A stretch of 64,000 nt of DNA from an uncultured Bacilli bacterium (GCA_944363865.1 CALVVN010000024.1:9400-73399), one strand, 5' to 3'; positions 1 through 9,840 are shown, numbered from the stretch's first letter. Notes: a model not told the origin generated them from the sequence alone. Translations and numbers: made by a program.

Positions 1-878
1 GCAAATCTATAAATAGATTGATAATCATCTCCTACCGCCATGAACTTAGCACCCGTCACATTCAACAAAGCTTCAATCAATTTATACCTGACATTACTTG
101 TATCTTGAAACTCATCAATTATTATATATTTATAAGAATATGTCTTAGTTTTTTTATTTAAAAGTTTTGATGCATTTAAAATCATATCATCAAAATCAAT
201 TTTATCACAAGCGGAAAGTTCAGACTCATATTCATAAAATATTCTTGATACAAGCAACAAAAAATAAAAATGTTTTTTATTCCAAAATCTCTTTTTTTCT
301 TTATTAAGAGTGTTCTTTAAATAATCATAGTCGTAACCATTAGTCTTAAACAACCGTATAAATGTGATAATAGAATTTATCAACGTCTTAACTTCCAAAT
401 GTTTTTCACGCATCAGTTTTATCAACACTTTATCTGCATTTTTCAACAACGTACATACCTTAAAATATTTTAATAAAACTTGCTTATAAAAATCATCATT
501 AATTAAAATATAATTTATCATTTCATTTGCAATATAATCTAGAAGATCAGATTCCGCAATACTAAAACTTATATTATGATCTTTTAATATTTTTAAACCA
601 AGTTTATGGAAAGTCAAAACATCAATTTCCATTTTAATTTCATTAAAAATAGTGTTTTTTAATGAATTACATGCATCATTTGTAAAAGAAATACAAAGAA
701 TCTCTGATGGCATTACATTAAGTTTATAAATCAAATATTTAATTTTGCCAACAATAGTTAAACTTTTTCCACTACCCGCGCCTGCTATTACCAATATATT
801 CTTAGCAGCACTTGTTACAATTTCTTTCTGTTCACAATCTAACTCATAACCTTTAACCTTAAATAAATCATAACTCAT
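1..878 (-). CDS. UvrD/Rep-family DNA helicase, N-terminal ~293 aa (gene continues beyond window start)
   Basis: Not in ORF track because truncated; minus-strand translation from ATG at 878: MSYDLFKVKGYELDCEQKEIVTSAAKNILVIAGAGSGKSL... with Walker A AGAGSGKS, motif II IIIDEFQDTS and MAVGDDYQSIYRFA; second UvrD-like gene in window besides pcrA. Confidence 0.7.
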   Translation of the reverse strand, partial: MSYDLFKVKGYELDCEQKEIVTSAAKNILVIAGAGSGKSLTIVGKIKYLIYKLNVMPSEILCISFTNDACNSLKNTIFNEIKMEIDVLTFHKLGLKILKDHNISFSIAESDLLDYIANEMINYILINDDFYKQVLLKYFKVCTLLKNADKVLIKLMREKHLEVKTLINSIITFIRLFKTNGYDYDYLKNTLNKEKKRFWNKKHFYFLLLVSRIFYEYESELSACDKIDFDDMILNASKLLNKKTKTYSYKYIIIDEFQDTSNVRYKLIEALLNVTGAKFMAVGDDYQSIYRF

Positions 879-998
879 ACGTGAAATTATACTTAATAAA
901 TTAAAGAAGTCAAAAGTCAAAAAAATCATTTTAAAATAAAATTTTTACAATTTAATTAAACACATTAACAAATATTTATATTCATAATAAAAGCAAAA

Positions 999-1679
999 TT
1001 AAACTTTTAACATATTTAACATACTTTTATCTGACTCACTAACTTTTAAAGACTCTTTAATTTTTTGAATGGTTTTATTATGTGTTTTTTTATCCAAAAC
1101 TTTATTTTTAAGCACAATTAATATTTTATCTCTATAGTCAAAAAAAGCTTTTGATAAAAGCCAAGCTTTAGCCATTACTACATAATACCTATTATCTTTG
1201 TCATTAACTACAATATCAATAATCCTATCAATATATTCATCATCCAAATAATAATACATAAGTACAACATAAACAAATCTTTTATAATATTCTTTATCGG
1301 TTTTTAAAAAATCTAAAAAATAATCAAATAAAGATAATTTATAAATACCTATACTTTTTAAACTACAAACAAAAGTATCACAAATTGCCCAGTTATTTAT
1401 TTTAGGCAAAAATTGTTCAATATAATATTGCAACTTATCAACATTTAAATCTAACTTACCTATTATAATAGCTTCCAACAGGATTTCTTCATAATACAAC
1501 TTATTCGATTCATCTACATAACAAAAACGTTCACTTTCAGTCATTCTTTTAGCTATTTTTCTCAAATCAGAAATGCTAACACCAATAGAATTATTCAAGT
1601 CTGGAATTACTTTTTCATTATACACTTTTAAATTATCTTTTTTTAACAAAAATAAACTTTTCCTTACTTCTTCAAACAT
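999..1679 (-). CDS. DNA alkylation repair enzyme (AlkD/AlkC-like HEAT-repeat glycosylase family)
   Basis: 226 aa, all-helical repeat protein with motifs typical of the DNA alkylation repair family (LRKIAKR, NNWAICDTF, VVMAKAWLL). Confidence 0.5.
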   Translation of the reverse strand: MFEEVRKSLFLLKKDNLKVYNEKVIPDLNNSIGVSISDLRKIAKRMTESERFCYVDESNKLYYEEILLEAIIIGKLDLNVDKLQYYIEQFLPKINNWAICDTFVCSLKSIGIYKLSLFDYFLDFLKTDKEYYKRFVYVVLMYYYLDDEYIDRIIDIVVNDKDNRYYVVMAKAWLLSKAFFDYRDKILIVLKNKVLDKKTHNKTIQKIKESLKVSESDKSMLNMLKV

Positions 1680-2545
1680 TATTTTATGAATTCCTCTATT
1701 AACTTTTTATTATTATAGACATGAATTAATTTTTTGCAAATCTTAAAATTAAACTCCTTATTAATATACTTTTCCCCGTCCACATTACTAATAATATTCT
1801 TTTTACTCTTTACTTTTAATTGGCTTACCAATCTTTTATGAACTAATGGAGAAAAATCATGTGTACCACTTTTGAGTTTCATAATAAGATTAAACATTTT
1901 TAATTTTGACATCTTATCCACAAAATAAAAATCAAAAAAACCATCATCAATCTTTGCTTTTGGAGCAATTTTAAAACCATTACCGTAAAACTTTCCATTA
2001 CAAACTGCTAAAGTTGTAAACTCGCCGGAAACCTCAGTGTTATTTAAATTAAAAGTCATTTTCTTACAATTATACTTTAAAAAAGTATTCATCAAACTTG
2101 CTATATATAATTTATTAGTACTTATTCCTTTTATCTTCATGATGTCTATGTTATTCGCAACATCGGCATCTATTCCGAAGCAAACTGTATTCAAAAAATA
2201 CAACTCATTAACTTTACCAACGTCACATTTTAATATACCATCGGGGATCATCTTTAAAGTTTTATAAAAATCATTACCACTGCCTGTAGGTACTACTGCT
2301 AAAATATTTTTAGTATGAACAATACCATTAAGAACTTCATTAAGAGTACCGTCTCCACCAACAGCAAATATAATATTTTTACTTTTTTTATATCTTAGTG
2401 TAATAGCTGTAGCTTCTCCCGGACAACGCGTATAAAAAACTTCAAAGTCAACATCTTTATTAACACAATATTTTTCAACATTTTTAACAACTTTTTTGTA
2501 CTTGCCATTACCAGCTACTTTATTTACTATAAAAATCCATTTCAT
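1679..2545 (-). CDS. diacylglycerol kinase-family lipid kinase (DagK/YegS/BmrU-like)
   Basis: 288 aa; FIVNKVAGNGK N-terminus and GGDGT catalytic motif of DAGK_cat domain. Confidence 0.7.
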   Translation of the reverse strand: MKWIFIVNKVAGNGKYKKVVKNVEKYCVNKDVDFEVFYTRCPGEATAITLRYKKSKNIIFAVGGDGTLNEVLNGIVHTKNILAVVPTGSGNDFYKTLKMIPDGILKCDVGKVNELYFLNTVCFGIDADVANNIDIMKIKGISTNKLYIASLMNTFLKYNCKKMTFNLNNTEVSGEFTTLAVCNGKFYGNGFKIAPKAKIDDGFFDFYFVDKMSKLKMFNLIMKLKSGTHDFSPLVHKRLVSQLKVKSKKNIISNVDGEKYINKEFNFKICKKLIHVYNNKKLIEEFIK

Positions 2546-3492
2546 TTTAAATTATCCACTTCTTCAACATTTTTAAACAATTTGACAATATTTTTTTTAG
2601 GAACTAACATATTAATTTCCTTATTAATTGAAAAATTAAATGTTTTATCATTATGTTTCATCTCTTCCCCATCTATACACCAAGACTCACTAGGAACTTC
2701 TTTAAATGTAACAGAAAAATTATTAGTTCTATAATATGTCACACCTTTAACATTATTTATATCAGAAGTTAATACAGCCGTCATTGTCATAGCTAACTGA
2801 GGTTTATTAAAAACACTAATCATAGCAACTTCAAACATTTCATCATCCAACTTTACATCATCATATATGTTTTTAAAACCACCTATACCACTAGTATTTG
2901 ATATGAAAATAAAAGAATATTCTCCGGAAAAGATTTTTCCATCAATTTCATAAGTTATTTCATATTTTTTTATATTTCTCTTTAACTCATTTATTGCATT
3001 AATAATATAACCAAATCTTCCAAAATTGCGCTTTAAATGCCTAGGCGTATTATATGCAATGTCAACATAATTACCAATACATCCTACATATATAAATGGC
3101 CTATTATTAATTAAACAAACATCAACATTTTTTACAGCGCCATTTAATAACAACTGTAAATTAGTAATTATATTTTTAGTATAACCGTACATTGCTCCAA
3201 TATCATTAGTAGTTCCAGTAGGTAAATGTCCTAATAATAATTTATTTTCACGATTTAAGTTACCAGTGACAACCTCATTAAGAGTACCATCTCCGCCACA
3301 ACTAATAACTAAATCAACATCAACTAATTCTTCCACAATTTTAATTGCATGACCTTTATATTCAGTTGGACATGCTATCATTTCATATCCATTTTTTTCT
3401 AATAAATCAGAGATCTTTTTTATATCTTTTTTATTATTAGTCTTGCCGCTTTCAGGATTATATATAAACGCACACTTTTTCATAAAAAACAC
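2542..3492 (-). CDS. diacylglycerol kinase-family lipid kinase, second tandem paralog
   Basis: 316 aa; IYNPESGK, CGGDGTLNEV motif; 4-nt overlap with downstream paralog; AGGAG RBS 8 nt upstream of ATG at 3492. Confidence 0.7.
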   Translation of the reverse strand: MFFMKKCAFIYNPESGKTNNKKDIKKISDLLEKNGYEMIACPTEYKGHAIKIVEELVDVDLVISCGGDGTLNEVVTGNLNRENKLLLGHLPTGTTNDIGAMYGYTKNIITNLQLLLNGAVKNVDVCLINNRPFIYVGCIGNYVDIAYNTPRHLKRNFGRFGYIINAINELKRNIKKYEITYEIDGKIFSGEYSFIFISNTSGIGGFKNIYDDVKLDDEMFEVAMISVFNKPQLAMTMTAVLTSDINNVKGVTYYRTNNFSVTFKEVPSESWCIDGEEMKHNDKTFNFSINKEINMLVPKKNIVKLFKNVEEVDNLK

Positions 3493-3550
3493 TCCTAGTT
3501 AAATTATATATTTTAAAATTAAATTAATCAATTAAAATCCCCAAATATAA

Positions 3551-4630
3551 TTATTCGTTTTTTTCTAATTCAACTTTAACTGTATCATACTCTCCATCTC
3601 TATAAAATTTAATAGTAACTGTTTCACCTGGTTCATATTTATACAAATTATACCTAAATTCAGCAATATTAGAAACTTTGCTATCGCCTATTTCAGTAAT
3701 AATATCTCCTATTTCTAAACCTGAATCAGCTGCTGGACTATTATTCTCCACCTCGTAAACAACAACGCCATCATCAACATTTCCGTCAACACGAATACCT
3801 GCCAACATTAAATCATAACTAGCGGACAAATCTAACATAGATATTCCCAAATAAGGTCTAATTATTTCAGTTCCAGACTCTATATGATTTGCAATCTCAA
3901 TAGCGTCTTCAATAGGAATTGAAAAGCCTAATCCTTCAATTTCATCCTCAACAATTTTTAAAGAATTAATTCCTATAACATCTCCGTTAACATTACATAA
4001 TGGTCCGCCACTATTACCCGGATTAATTGCTGCATCAGTTTGCATAACATTCATAATCCAATCACTTGAGTAACCAGAAACTGAAACACTTACCATTCTA
4101 TTCTTACCACTAATAATTCCTCTCGTAACAGTACCGGCATAATTTTTACTTAAAGGAGTTCCTATAGTAAATACTGTATCACCAATTTCCATATCTACAC
4201 TACTACCTATATTAGCAACTTGAATAACATCATTTTTATCTATTTTCAAAATTGCAATATCAGCATACTCATCAGAACCTACCAATTCAGCTGTAATTAT
4301 CTCATCATTAGTAAAAGTTAACTGAATTGATTCAGCATCTTCAATAACATGATGATTAGTCATAACATAAGCGTCATCACCATCAATCTTATATACAAAA
4401 CCAGTTCCAATAGATATTGTTGTATTTCTAACTAAACTTTCTACCACAACAACAGCATCATATACATTTCCTACACCTTCACTAATACCTTCATCTGTTA
4501 CACTTACTTTATTTTCACTAATAGTTTTAACGATAGTATTTGGAAAAAAATAAATAACGCCATACATAATACTTGCACCTAATACAATACTAAGAACTAC
4601 AGAAGCAAAATAAATGATTTTCTTCCTCAC
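3551..4630 (-). CDS. htrA: HtrA/DegP-family trypsin-like serine protease with C-terminal PDZ domain
   Basis: 359 aa; N-terminal TM helix, catalytic H/D/S context GNSGGPL, PDZ-like C-terminus. Confidence 0.8.
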   Translation of the reverse strand: MRKKIIYFASVVLSIVLGASIMYGVIYFFPNTIVKTISENKVSVTDEGISEGVGNVYDAVVVVESLVRNTTISIGTGFVYKIDGDDAYVMTNHHVIEDAESIQLTFTNDEIITAELVGSDEYADIAILKIDKNDVIQVANIGSSVDMEIGDTVFTIGTPLSKNYAGTVTRGIISGKNRMVSVSVSGYSSDWIMNVMQTDAAINPGNSGGPLCNVNGDVIGINSLKIVEDEIEGLGFSIPIEDAIEIANHIESGTEIIRPYLGISMLDLSASYDLMLAGIRVDGNVDDGVVVYEVENNSPAADSGLEIGDIITEIGDSKVSNIAEFRYNLYKYEPGETVTIKFYRDGEYDTVKVELEKNE

Positions 4631-4646
4631 TTAGTTCACACCCTTT

Positions 4647-5579
4647 CTATTCTAAATACATTATATCTTTGTAATTCAGAGGAAACCCCATTTTTTCATA
4701 AATAACACTTATATCAATATGTACTAGTCTTCCCTTTAACCTATCAAATTCATAATTAATTTCATTCATCATTAACTTAAAATCACTCGGAGTTAATAAA
4801 TGTTTTAAGATTAAAATCAAAGCAAAAATATCATTTTTACCGTTAACATATTCGTCCTCTACTTTAGGTATATTAAGTATATGATGGTAAATATTATCCG
4901 GAATTGTCCTTTGAGTAAAATGGTCAAATAATATATCTTCATGAGCACATAGATTTCTATAGTTAGCTAGTATTGGCAAAAACACTTCTAAACTTTTAGC
5001 ATCAATATTATATATTTTAGCAATTCTATTTGCATCTTCACTTTTTAATATACTATATAATTCACTCATTAATCCAAAACTAATAACTTTTATTCCAATC
5101 CACAACGGAATATACCCATAATTTACCATATAATGGCTAGTCGCACCATGTTGTTTGCCATTAACCCTATATTGCCTTTTCAATTTTCTAATTAAATCAC
5201 TTACTTGACCCTTCTTATCTTCACTTTGATCAAAGTTACTTGGATTTAAATAATCCTTTTCTTTATAACCATAATTACTACTTAAAGCATAACTAAAAAT
5301 TGACTTATAATTATTTTCAACAATTAAAATATTTTTAAAAATAATGTTTCTAAATGTCCTATCAAACATAAATAAAGCATAAAGTTCATTAAATGATGTA
5401 CCATCTATAAACTTTCTACTTGCATCTTTTTTTAAAAACGAATGTCTATAACCCATAAGAAAAAAGTAATTTTCTCTTAATAATATTGATTTAGCATACT
5501 CCTCATCTTCAATTACTAATCCTTTATTTCTTAATATTTCTACTTGTTCTTCAATAGACTTAAAAACTTTCTTTGCCAC
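4647..5579 (-). CDS. Abi_2-family abortive-infection protein (AbiD/AbiF-like)
   Basis: 310 aa; N-terminus MAKKVFKSIEEQVEILRNKGLVIEDEEYAKSILLRENYFFLMGY closely matches the Abi_2 family signature (F.tIeeQieiLksrGL.idDee.A...L...NYy.l.gY). Confidence 0.7.
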   Translation of the reverse strand: MAKKVFKSIEEQVEILRNKGLVIEDEEYAKSILLRENYFFLMGYRHSFLKKDASRKFIDGTSFNELYALFMFDRTFRNIIFKNILIVENNYKSIFSYALSSNYGYKEKDYLNPSNFDQSEDKKGQVSDLIRKLKRQYRVNGKQHGATSHYMVNYGYIPLWIGIKVISFGLMSELYSILKSEDANRIAKIYNIDAKSLEVFLPILANYRNLCAHEDILFDHFTQRTIPDNIYHHILNIPKVEDEYVNGKNDIFALILILKHLLTPSDFKLMMNEINYEFDRLKGRLVHIDISVIYEKMGFPLNYKDIMYLE

Positions 5580-5651
5580 ATTATCACCCTACAACTAAAA
5601 GTATAGCATAATGATTACATATCTTCTAGCGTTTTCACAATTTTTTCAGCC

Positions 5652-5683
5652 AAATTAAAAACCTTGCAGATATTACAAGGTTT
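5652..5683 (-). terminator. Rho-independent terminator after rpsI
   Basis: minus-strand hairpin AAACCTTG-(9 nt)-CAAGGTTT followed by U-run. Confidence 0.5.
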
Positions 5684-5691
5684 ATAAACAT

Positions 5692-6087
5692 CTATCTCTT
5701 ACTAAATTGAGGTGCTCTTCTAGCTTTTTTAAGACCATATTTTTTACGTTCTTTTATTCTTGAATCTCTAGTAATCATACCATTAGATTTAAGTACTTCT
5801 CTATTATTTGGATCTATTTCTAATAAACAACGTGCTATACCCAATCTAATTGCACCAGTTTGACCATTAAATCCTCCGCCATTAACTTTAACAGTAATAT
5901 CAAACTTACCATCATTTTCAGTCAATTTCAAAGGTTGTTTTAAATCCATAACTAGTGTTTCATAAGGCATATAAGTATTAACATCTTCACCATTAACAGT
6001 TATTTTACCTTTACCATATGACATAGATACTTGAGCAATACTTCTTTTTCTTCTACCTGTAGCTTTCCAAACTTTACTTTCTGCCAT
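5692..6087 (-). CDS. rpsI: 30S ribosomal protein S9
   Basis: 131 aa; C-terminal ...[25 protein letters not shown] is the S9 signature. Confidence 0.95.
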   Translation of the reverse strand: MAESKVWKATGRRKRSIAQVSMSYGKGKITVNGEDVNTYMPYETLVMDLKQPLKLTENDGKFDITVKVNGGGFNGQTGAIRLGIARCLLEIDPNNREVLKSNGMITRDSRIKERKKYGLKKARRAPQFSKR

Positions 6088-6096
6088 ATTTTCCTC

Positions 6097-6525
6097 CTAC
6101 ATTTCTATCTTTTCAGGTTTTTGAGCTTCATGATTATGTTCAGAACCTTCAAATACATATAATTTTCTATACATATCTCTACCCAAAGGTCCTTTAGGTA
6201 ACATACCTTTAACAGCTCTTTCAATCATTTCTACTGGATATTTCTCTTTCATTTCTTTTGCAGTTCTTTCTCTTAAACCACCTGGAAATCCACTATGATT
6301 ATAATAAATCTTTTTATTTAACTTATCTCCAGTAAGATTTACCTTTGATGCATTAATAATTATAACAGCATCGCCACAATTAACATGTGGAGTAAAAGTT
6401 ACCTTATGTTTACCACGTAAAATATGAGCGGCTTTAGTAGCAACACTACCTAGCGTTTTGCCTTCAGCATCTATAAGATACCATTTAGTAACAACATCTT
6501 CTTTTCTTAACATAAATGTTTTCAT
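6097..6525 (-). CDS. rplM: 50S ribosomal protein L13
   Basis: 142 aa; [26 protein letters not shown] typical L13; operon with rpsI. Confidence 0.95.
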   Translation of the reverse strand: MKTFMLRKEDVVTKWYLIDAEGKTLGSVATKAAHILRGKHKVTFTPHVNCGDAVIIINASKVNLTGDKLNKKIYYNHSGFPGGLRERTAKEMKEKYPVEMIERAVKGMLPKGPLGRDMYRKLYVFEGSEHNHEAQKPEKIEM

Positions 6526-6666
6526 TTTAACTCCTTCTCAACTTCATTATATATGCCTTCCCACAGCAATATAAATCCATTTAAAATGTACCGATTATGA
6601 TTATATAAAATAATATATTAAAAGTCAAACAAAATAATTCATTTAAAAGAAAATTAGTATATTTCT

Positions 6667-6695
6667 TGACAAAATATGTATATAATATTAGAATT
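6667..6695 (+). promoter_or_regulatory. sigma-A-type promoter (TTGACA-17-TAGAAT) for repeat surface protein gene
   Basis: TTGACA at 6667-6672, TAGAAT 17 bp downstream; GGAGG RBS at 6712. Confidence 0.4.
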
Positions 6696-6723
6696 ATATT
6701 ATAAAATATTGGAGGAAAAAAGA

Positions 6724-7806
6724 ATGAAAAAATCAATTATAATAATCTTAACAATATTAATAATTGCATGTACTGCATTAGGAATAGTAGGATTTTTACA
6801 AAGCAAAAAAGGCACTGTGGTTGATAACACACCTAAAGAATACAAAATAGAATACAAATATTATCTTGATGGTGTTGAAGTAAGCGAAATGCCTAAAAAT
6901 GAGATTATAGAAAATGGTGATAACGAAACACCTTCAGATGAAGAAAATGTATCAACAGAAGTTGAAACAATGTACTCATTCCAAGAATATAATTGTACAA
7001 ATAATGTAAAAGGTTTGTGGAATAATGAAACATGGGAGTTTACAATACCTGAAAAAACAAGTGATTCAACATGTGTATTATATTTTGTATCTAATTATTT
7101 AGATGTAGATATTACAGCTACAAACGGAACAGTAAACGAACTTGATGCACTAAAAGATAGAAAAGTAAAAAGAGGAGAATCTATTTCATATAGTATCACA
7201 CCAACAGAAGGATACAAGTTTGAAAAAGTAGAATGTACAAATGATACACCTGCAGAATGGAACGAAGAAAATTCAACATTAACAGTAAGTAATGTAACTA
7301 AAAACACAACTTGCGAAATTACATTTTCTATAGGAGAATACACAATCAATTTTACAGCTAACAATGGTATCATAACTGAAGAATCAAAAGTTGTTAAATA
7401 CGGAGAATCTATAACTACAACTATAAAACCAGGATCAGATTATATATATAATGAAGTTTTATGTACAAATAATCAAAAAGCGACATATAATGTTGAAACA
7501 CAAGAATTAACTATTTCAAATGTAACAGATAACGCAACATGTACAGTTGATTTTACACCAAATACATATACAGTAACATTAAAAATAGTTAATGGCACAC
7601 CTGTAGAAGATTCAAAAACAGTTAGGCCAGGTGGAAAAGTATCTTTCACATTTACAAACAACGAAGGATATACGACTGCAAACGCTGATATAACATGTAC
7701 TAACGGATTAATTGGAGAAATAAGCGGAAGCCTATTTTCGGTTGACAATGTTTCATCAAACGGAACGTGTACACTTACATTTAAAGCTATAGAAACTAGT
7801 GAATAA
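6724..7806 (+). CDS. membrane-anchored/secreted surface protein with four tandem ~85-aa Cys-pair repeats
   Basis: start chosen at MKKSIIIILTILIIACT (RBS GGAGG) rather than track ATG at 6676; four repeats each with C-T-N ... N-x-T-C-x-h-x-F (CTNNVKG..DSTCVLYF; CTNDTPA..NTTCEITF; CTNNQKA..NATCTVDF; CTNGLIG..NGTCTLTF). Confidence 0.6.
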   Translation: MKKSIIIILTILIIACTALGIVGFLQSKKGTVVDNTPKEYKIEYKYYLDGVEVSEMPKNEIIENGDNETPSDEENVSTEVETMYSFQEYNCTNNVKGLWNNETWEFTIPEKTSDSTCVLYFVSNYLDVDITATNGTVNELDALKDRKVKRGESISYSITPTEGYKFEKVECTNDTPAEWNEENSTLTVSNVTKNTTCEITFSIGEYTINFTANNGIITEESKVVKYGESITTTIKPGSDYIYNEVLCTNNQKATYNVETQELTISNVTDNATCTVDFTPNTYTVTLKIVNGTPVEDSKTVRPGGKVSFTFTNNEGYTTANADITCTNGLIGEISGSLFSVDNVSSNGTCTLTFKAIETSE

Positions 7807-7809
7807 TTA

Positions 7810-7831
7810 AAAGAGAGCAATCTCTTTTTTT
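7810..7831 (+). terminator. Rho-independent terminator
   Basis: AAAGAGA-GCAA-TCTCTTT hairpin followed by T-run directly after stop codon. Confidence 0.6.
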
Positions 7832-7879
7832 ATTTTAAAAAACAATTTACTTTATAAAATATTAAGTTATAATAAAAAT

Positions 7880-8860
7880 ATGAAATGGAAAATAGGAAAT
7901 ATAATAATTAATAATCAAATTGTATTTGCGCCCATGGCAGGAGTATCAAATAAAAGCTACAGAACAATAATAAAAGAAATGGGCGCAGGTTTAATATATT
8001 CTGAAATGATAAGTACAATGGGAATAAAATATAACAGTGAAAAAACGTTAAATCTATTAGAAATTAGTGAAAAAGAACGGCCAATAGCAATTCAAATATT
8101 TGGAAATGATGTAGAAACTTTTGTTAGTAGTGCAAAATACATTGAAACTCATATTAAACCAGATATAATTGATATCAATATGGGGTGTCCAGTTCCAAAA
8201 ATAGCATTAAAAAGCCAAGCAGGAAGTGCTTTACTAAAAAACCCTAATAAAATATATGAAATAGTATCAGCTGTTGTCAAAAACACGAAAACACCTATAA
8301 CGGTAAAAATAAGAAGTGGATGGGACAACAATAACATTAATGCTGTTGAAGTAGCTGAACTTTGTGAAAAAGCAGGCGCAAAAGCAATATGCATACATGC
8401 AAGAACAAGAAGTCAAGCTTACTCAGGGAATGCTGACTGGAACATAATTAAAAAGGTAAAAGAAAAAGTTAAGATTCCAGTAATCGGTAACGGAGATATT
8501 AAAACAATATACGATGCAAAAAAAATGTTAGAAGAAGCAAAATGCGATGCAATTATGATTGGCAGAGCAGCATTAGGAAATCCATGGTTCATAAAAGAGT
8601 GTGTAGAATACATTGAAAATGACAAAATCATAGAAAAACCTAATAAAAATGATAAATTAAAAATGATTATAAAACATTATAAATTATTAAAACAAAACAC
8701 TAATGAAAAACAAGCGCTGCTTGAAATAAGAACACATGCATTATGGTATATAAAAGGATTAAATGATAATAAAGAAATAAAAAGAAAAATCATGGAAACT
8801 AAAAATGAAAAAGATTTTTTTGATTTAATAAACAAGTATATGGAGGATAAGAATGAATAG
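7880..8860 (+). CDS. dusB: tRNA-dihydrouridine synthase
   Basis: 326 aa; FAPMAGVSNKSYR and NMGCPVPKI motifs of Dus family. Confidence 0.85.
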   Translation: MKWKIGNIIINNQIVFAPMAGVSNKSYRTIIKEMGAGLIYSEMISTMGIKYNSEKTLNLLEISEKERPIAIQIFGNDVETFVSSAKYIETHIKPDIIDINMGCPVPKIALKSQAGSALLKNPNKIYEIVSAVVKNTKTPITVKIRSGWDNNNINAVEVAELCEKAGAKAICIHARTRSQAYSGNADWNIIKKVKEKVKIPVIGNGDIKTIYDAKKMLEEAKCDAIMIGRAALGNPWFIKECVEYIENDKIIEKPNKNDKLKMIIKHYKLLKQNTNEKQALLEIRTHALWYIKGLNDNKEIKRKIMETKNEKDFFDLINKYMEDKNE

Positions 8861-9341
8861 AACAGATAAAAATAATTATTATTTAGATATTACTGAATCA
8901 GTAAGTGAAAGAGGAACATGTTTAAGAAAAAAGTTTGGTGCAATAATTGTAAAAAATGACGAAATAATATCAACAGGATATGTGGGAGCTCCAAGGGGAA
9001 GAAAAAACTGTTGTGATGAAAAGTTTTGTATAAGACAAAAATTAAACGTTCCAAGAGGAGAACGTTATGAATTATGTAGAAGCGTTCACGCAGAACAAAA
9101 TGCAATAATAAGTGCAGCGAGAAGAGATATGATTGGCTCTACTATATATTTAGTAGGAATTGAAAATGATACAAATCAGTATGTTAAAGATGCAAGACCA
9201 TGTTCACTATGTAAAAGATTCATAATAAACGCCGGAATTGAAAAAATTATTATTAGAAAAAATAAAACCGAATATGAAACAATATACACAGATGAACTAA
9301 TCACAAATGACGAAAGTTTAGTTGGAACAAAAGGATACTAA
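8853..9341 (+). CDS. dCMP deaminase (ComEB-type cytidine/deoxycytidylate deaminase)
   Basis: 162 aa; zinc-binding HAEQNAI and PCSLC motifs; 8-nt overlap with dusB. Confidence 0.8.
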   Translation: MNRTDKNNYYLDITESVSERGTCLRKKFGAIIVKNDEIISTGYVGAPRGRKNCCDEKFCIRQKLNVPRGERYELCRSVHAEQNAIISAARRDMIGSTIYLVGIENDTNQYVKDARPCSLCKRFIINAGIEKIIIRKNKTEYETIYTDELITNDESLVGTKGY

Positions 9342-9451
9342 AAGTTTTACAAAAACAAATTATTTTTTAAAATATTCAATAAATGGTTAACAAATGATTG
9401 AAATAATGGAATTATATTCATAGAGAAAACAACTCCTTAAAACCTTTTAAG

Positions 9452-9500
9452 TTTCGAACTTTTACTAAAAGGTCTGTATATTTTTTTACAATTCAATTAT
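9452..9500 (+). terminator. Rho-independent terminator after dCMP deaminase gene
   Basis: ACCTTTTA...TAAAAGGT hairpin with inner TTTCGAA palindrome, followed by T-run. Confidence 0.4.
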
Positions 9501-9593
9501 ATAACAGTTTTTATGTTTTGAGTGTTTTCTCTTTTTATGTAATAATTTAATTATTCTCACATCTAGTTTACTACATCAATAACACCAAAGTAA

Positions 9594-9622
9594 TTGACAC
9601 CTACCCACAAATATATTATAAT
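9594..9622 (+). promoter_or_regulatory. consensus sigma-A promoter TTGACA-17-TATAAT driving lysS leader
   Basis: TTGACA 9594-9599, TATAAT 9617-9622, exact 17-bp spacer. Confidence 0.7.
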
Positions 9623-9628
9623 ACAAGC

Positions 9629-9840
9629 AAATTGAGGAAGAGGACGAGTAATATTATGAACTGTTTTTAGAAAGTTGGAACGATGAAAGCCAATAACAAG
9701 TATAATATGAATAAAAACCTCGGAAATGACTGACAAGTCCGGATAATTCCGTTATAAAAAAGAGATATCAATTAATGATAAAAAAGGTGGTACCGCGATA
9801 TGACGCCCTTTTGTCATTAATTTTTTTATTATAGAAGGAG
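9629..9840 (+). promoter_or_regulatory. T-box riboswitch leader upstream of lysS
   Basis: conserved T-box sequence AAGGTGGTACCGCG at 9784-9797 followed by GACGCCCTTTTGTCAT hairpin and T-run just before the lysS RBS; ~210-nt leader downstream of consensus promoter. Confidence 0.65.

Noticed and set aside
2037-2267. Numerous 60-160-aa ORFs in the six-frame track lying antisense or out of frame inside large conserved genes (e.g. 2037-2267+, 7095-7373-, 8149-8394-, 10294-10755-, 16054-16451+, 23535-23762+, 35409-35885+, 44380-44649+, 52289-52985+, 55172-56074+, 57757-58236+, 60716-60970+, 63233-63424-)
   Set aside because: Each is fully contained in a well-supported conserved CDS on the other strand or frame, has a low-complexity Leu/Ile/Phe/Ser-rich composition typical of AT-rich antisense frames, and lacks RBS or family resemblance.
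6526-6600. Possible ribosomal-protein leader RNAs (L13 leader upstream of rplM; S6:S18 leader upstream of rpsF at 16766-16878)
   Set aside because: Positions are right for these Firmicute autoregulatory leaders, but I cannot verify the covariance structure by eye; left uncalled pending an Rfam scan.
6724-7806. N-linked protein glycosylation system implied by sequon-rich surface protein
   Set aside because: No oligosaccharyltransferase or glycosyltransferase genes nearby; Asn/Thr richness in a very AT-rich genome can inflate N-x-S/T counts. Kept only as a low-interest observation.
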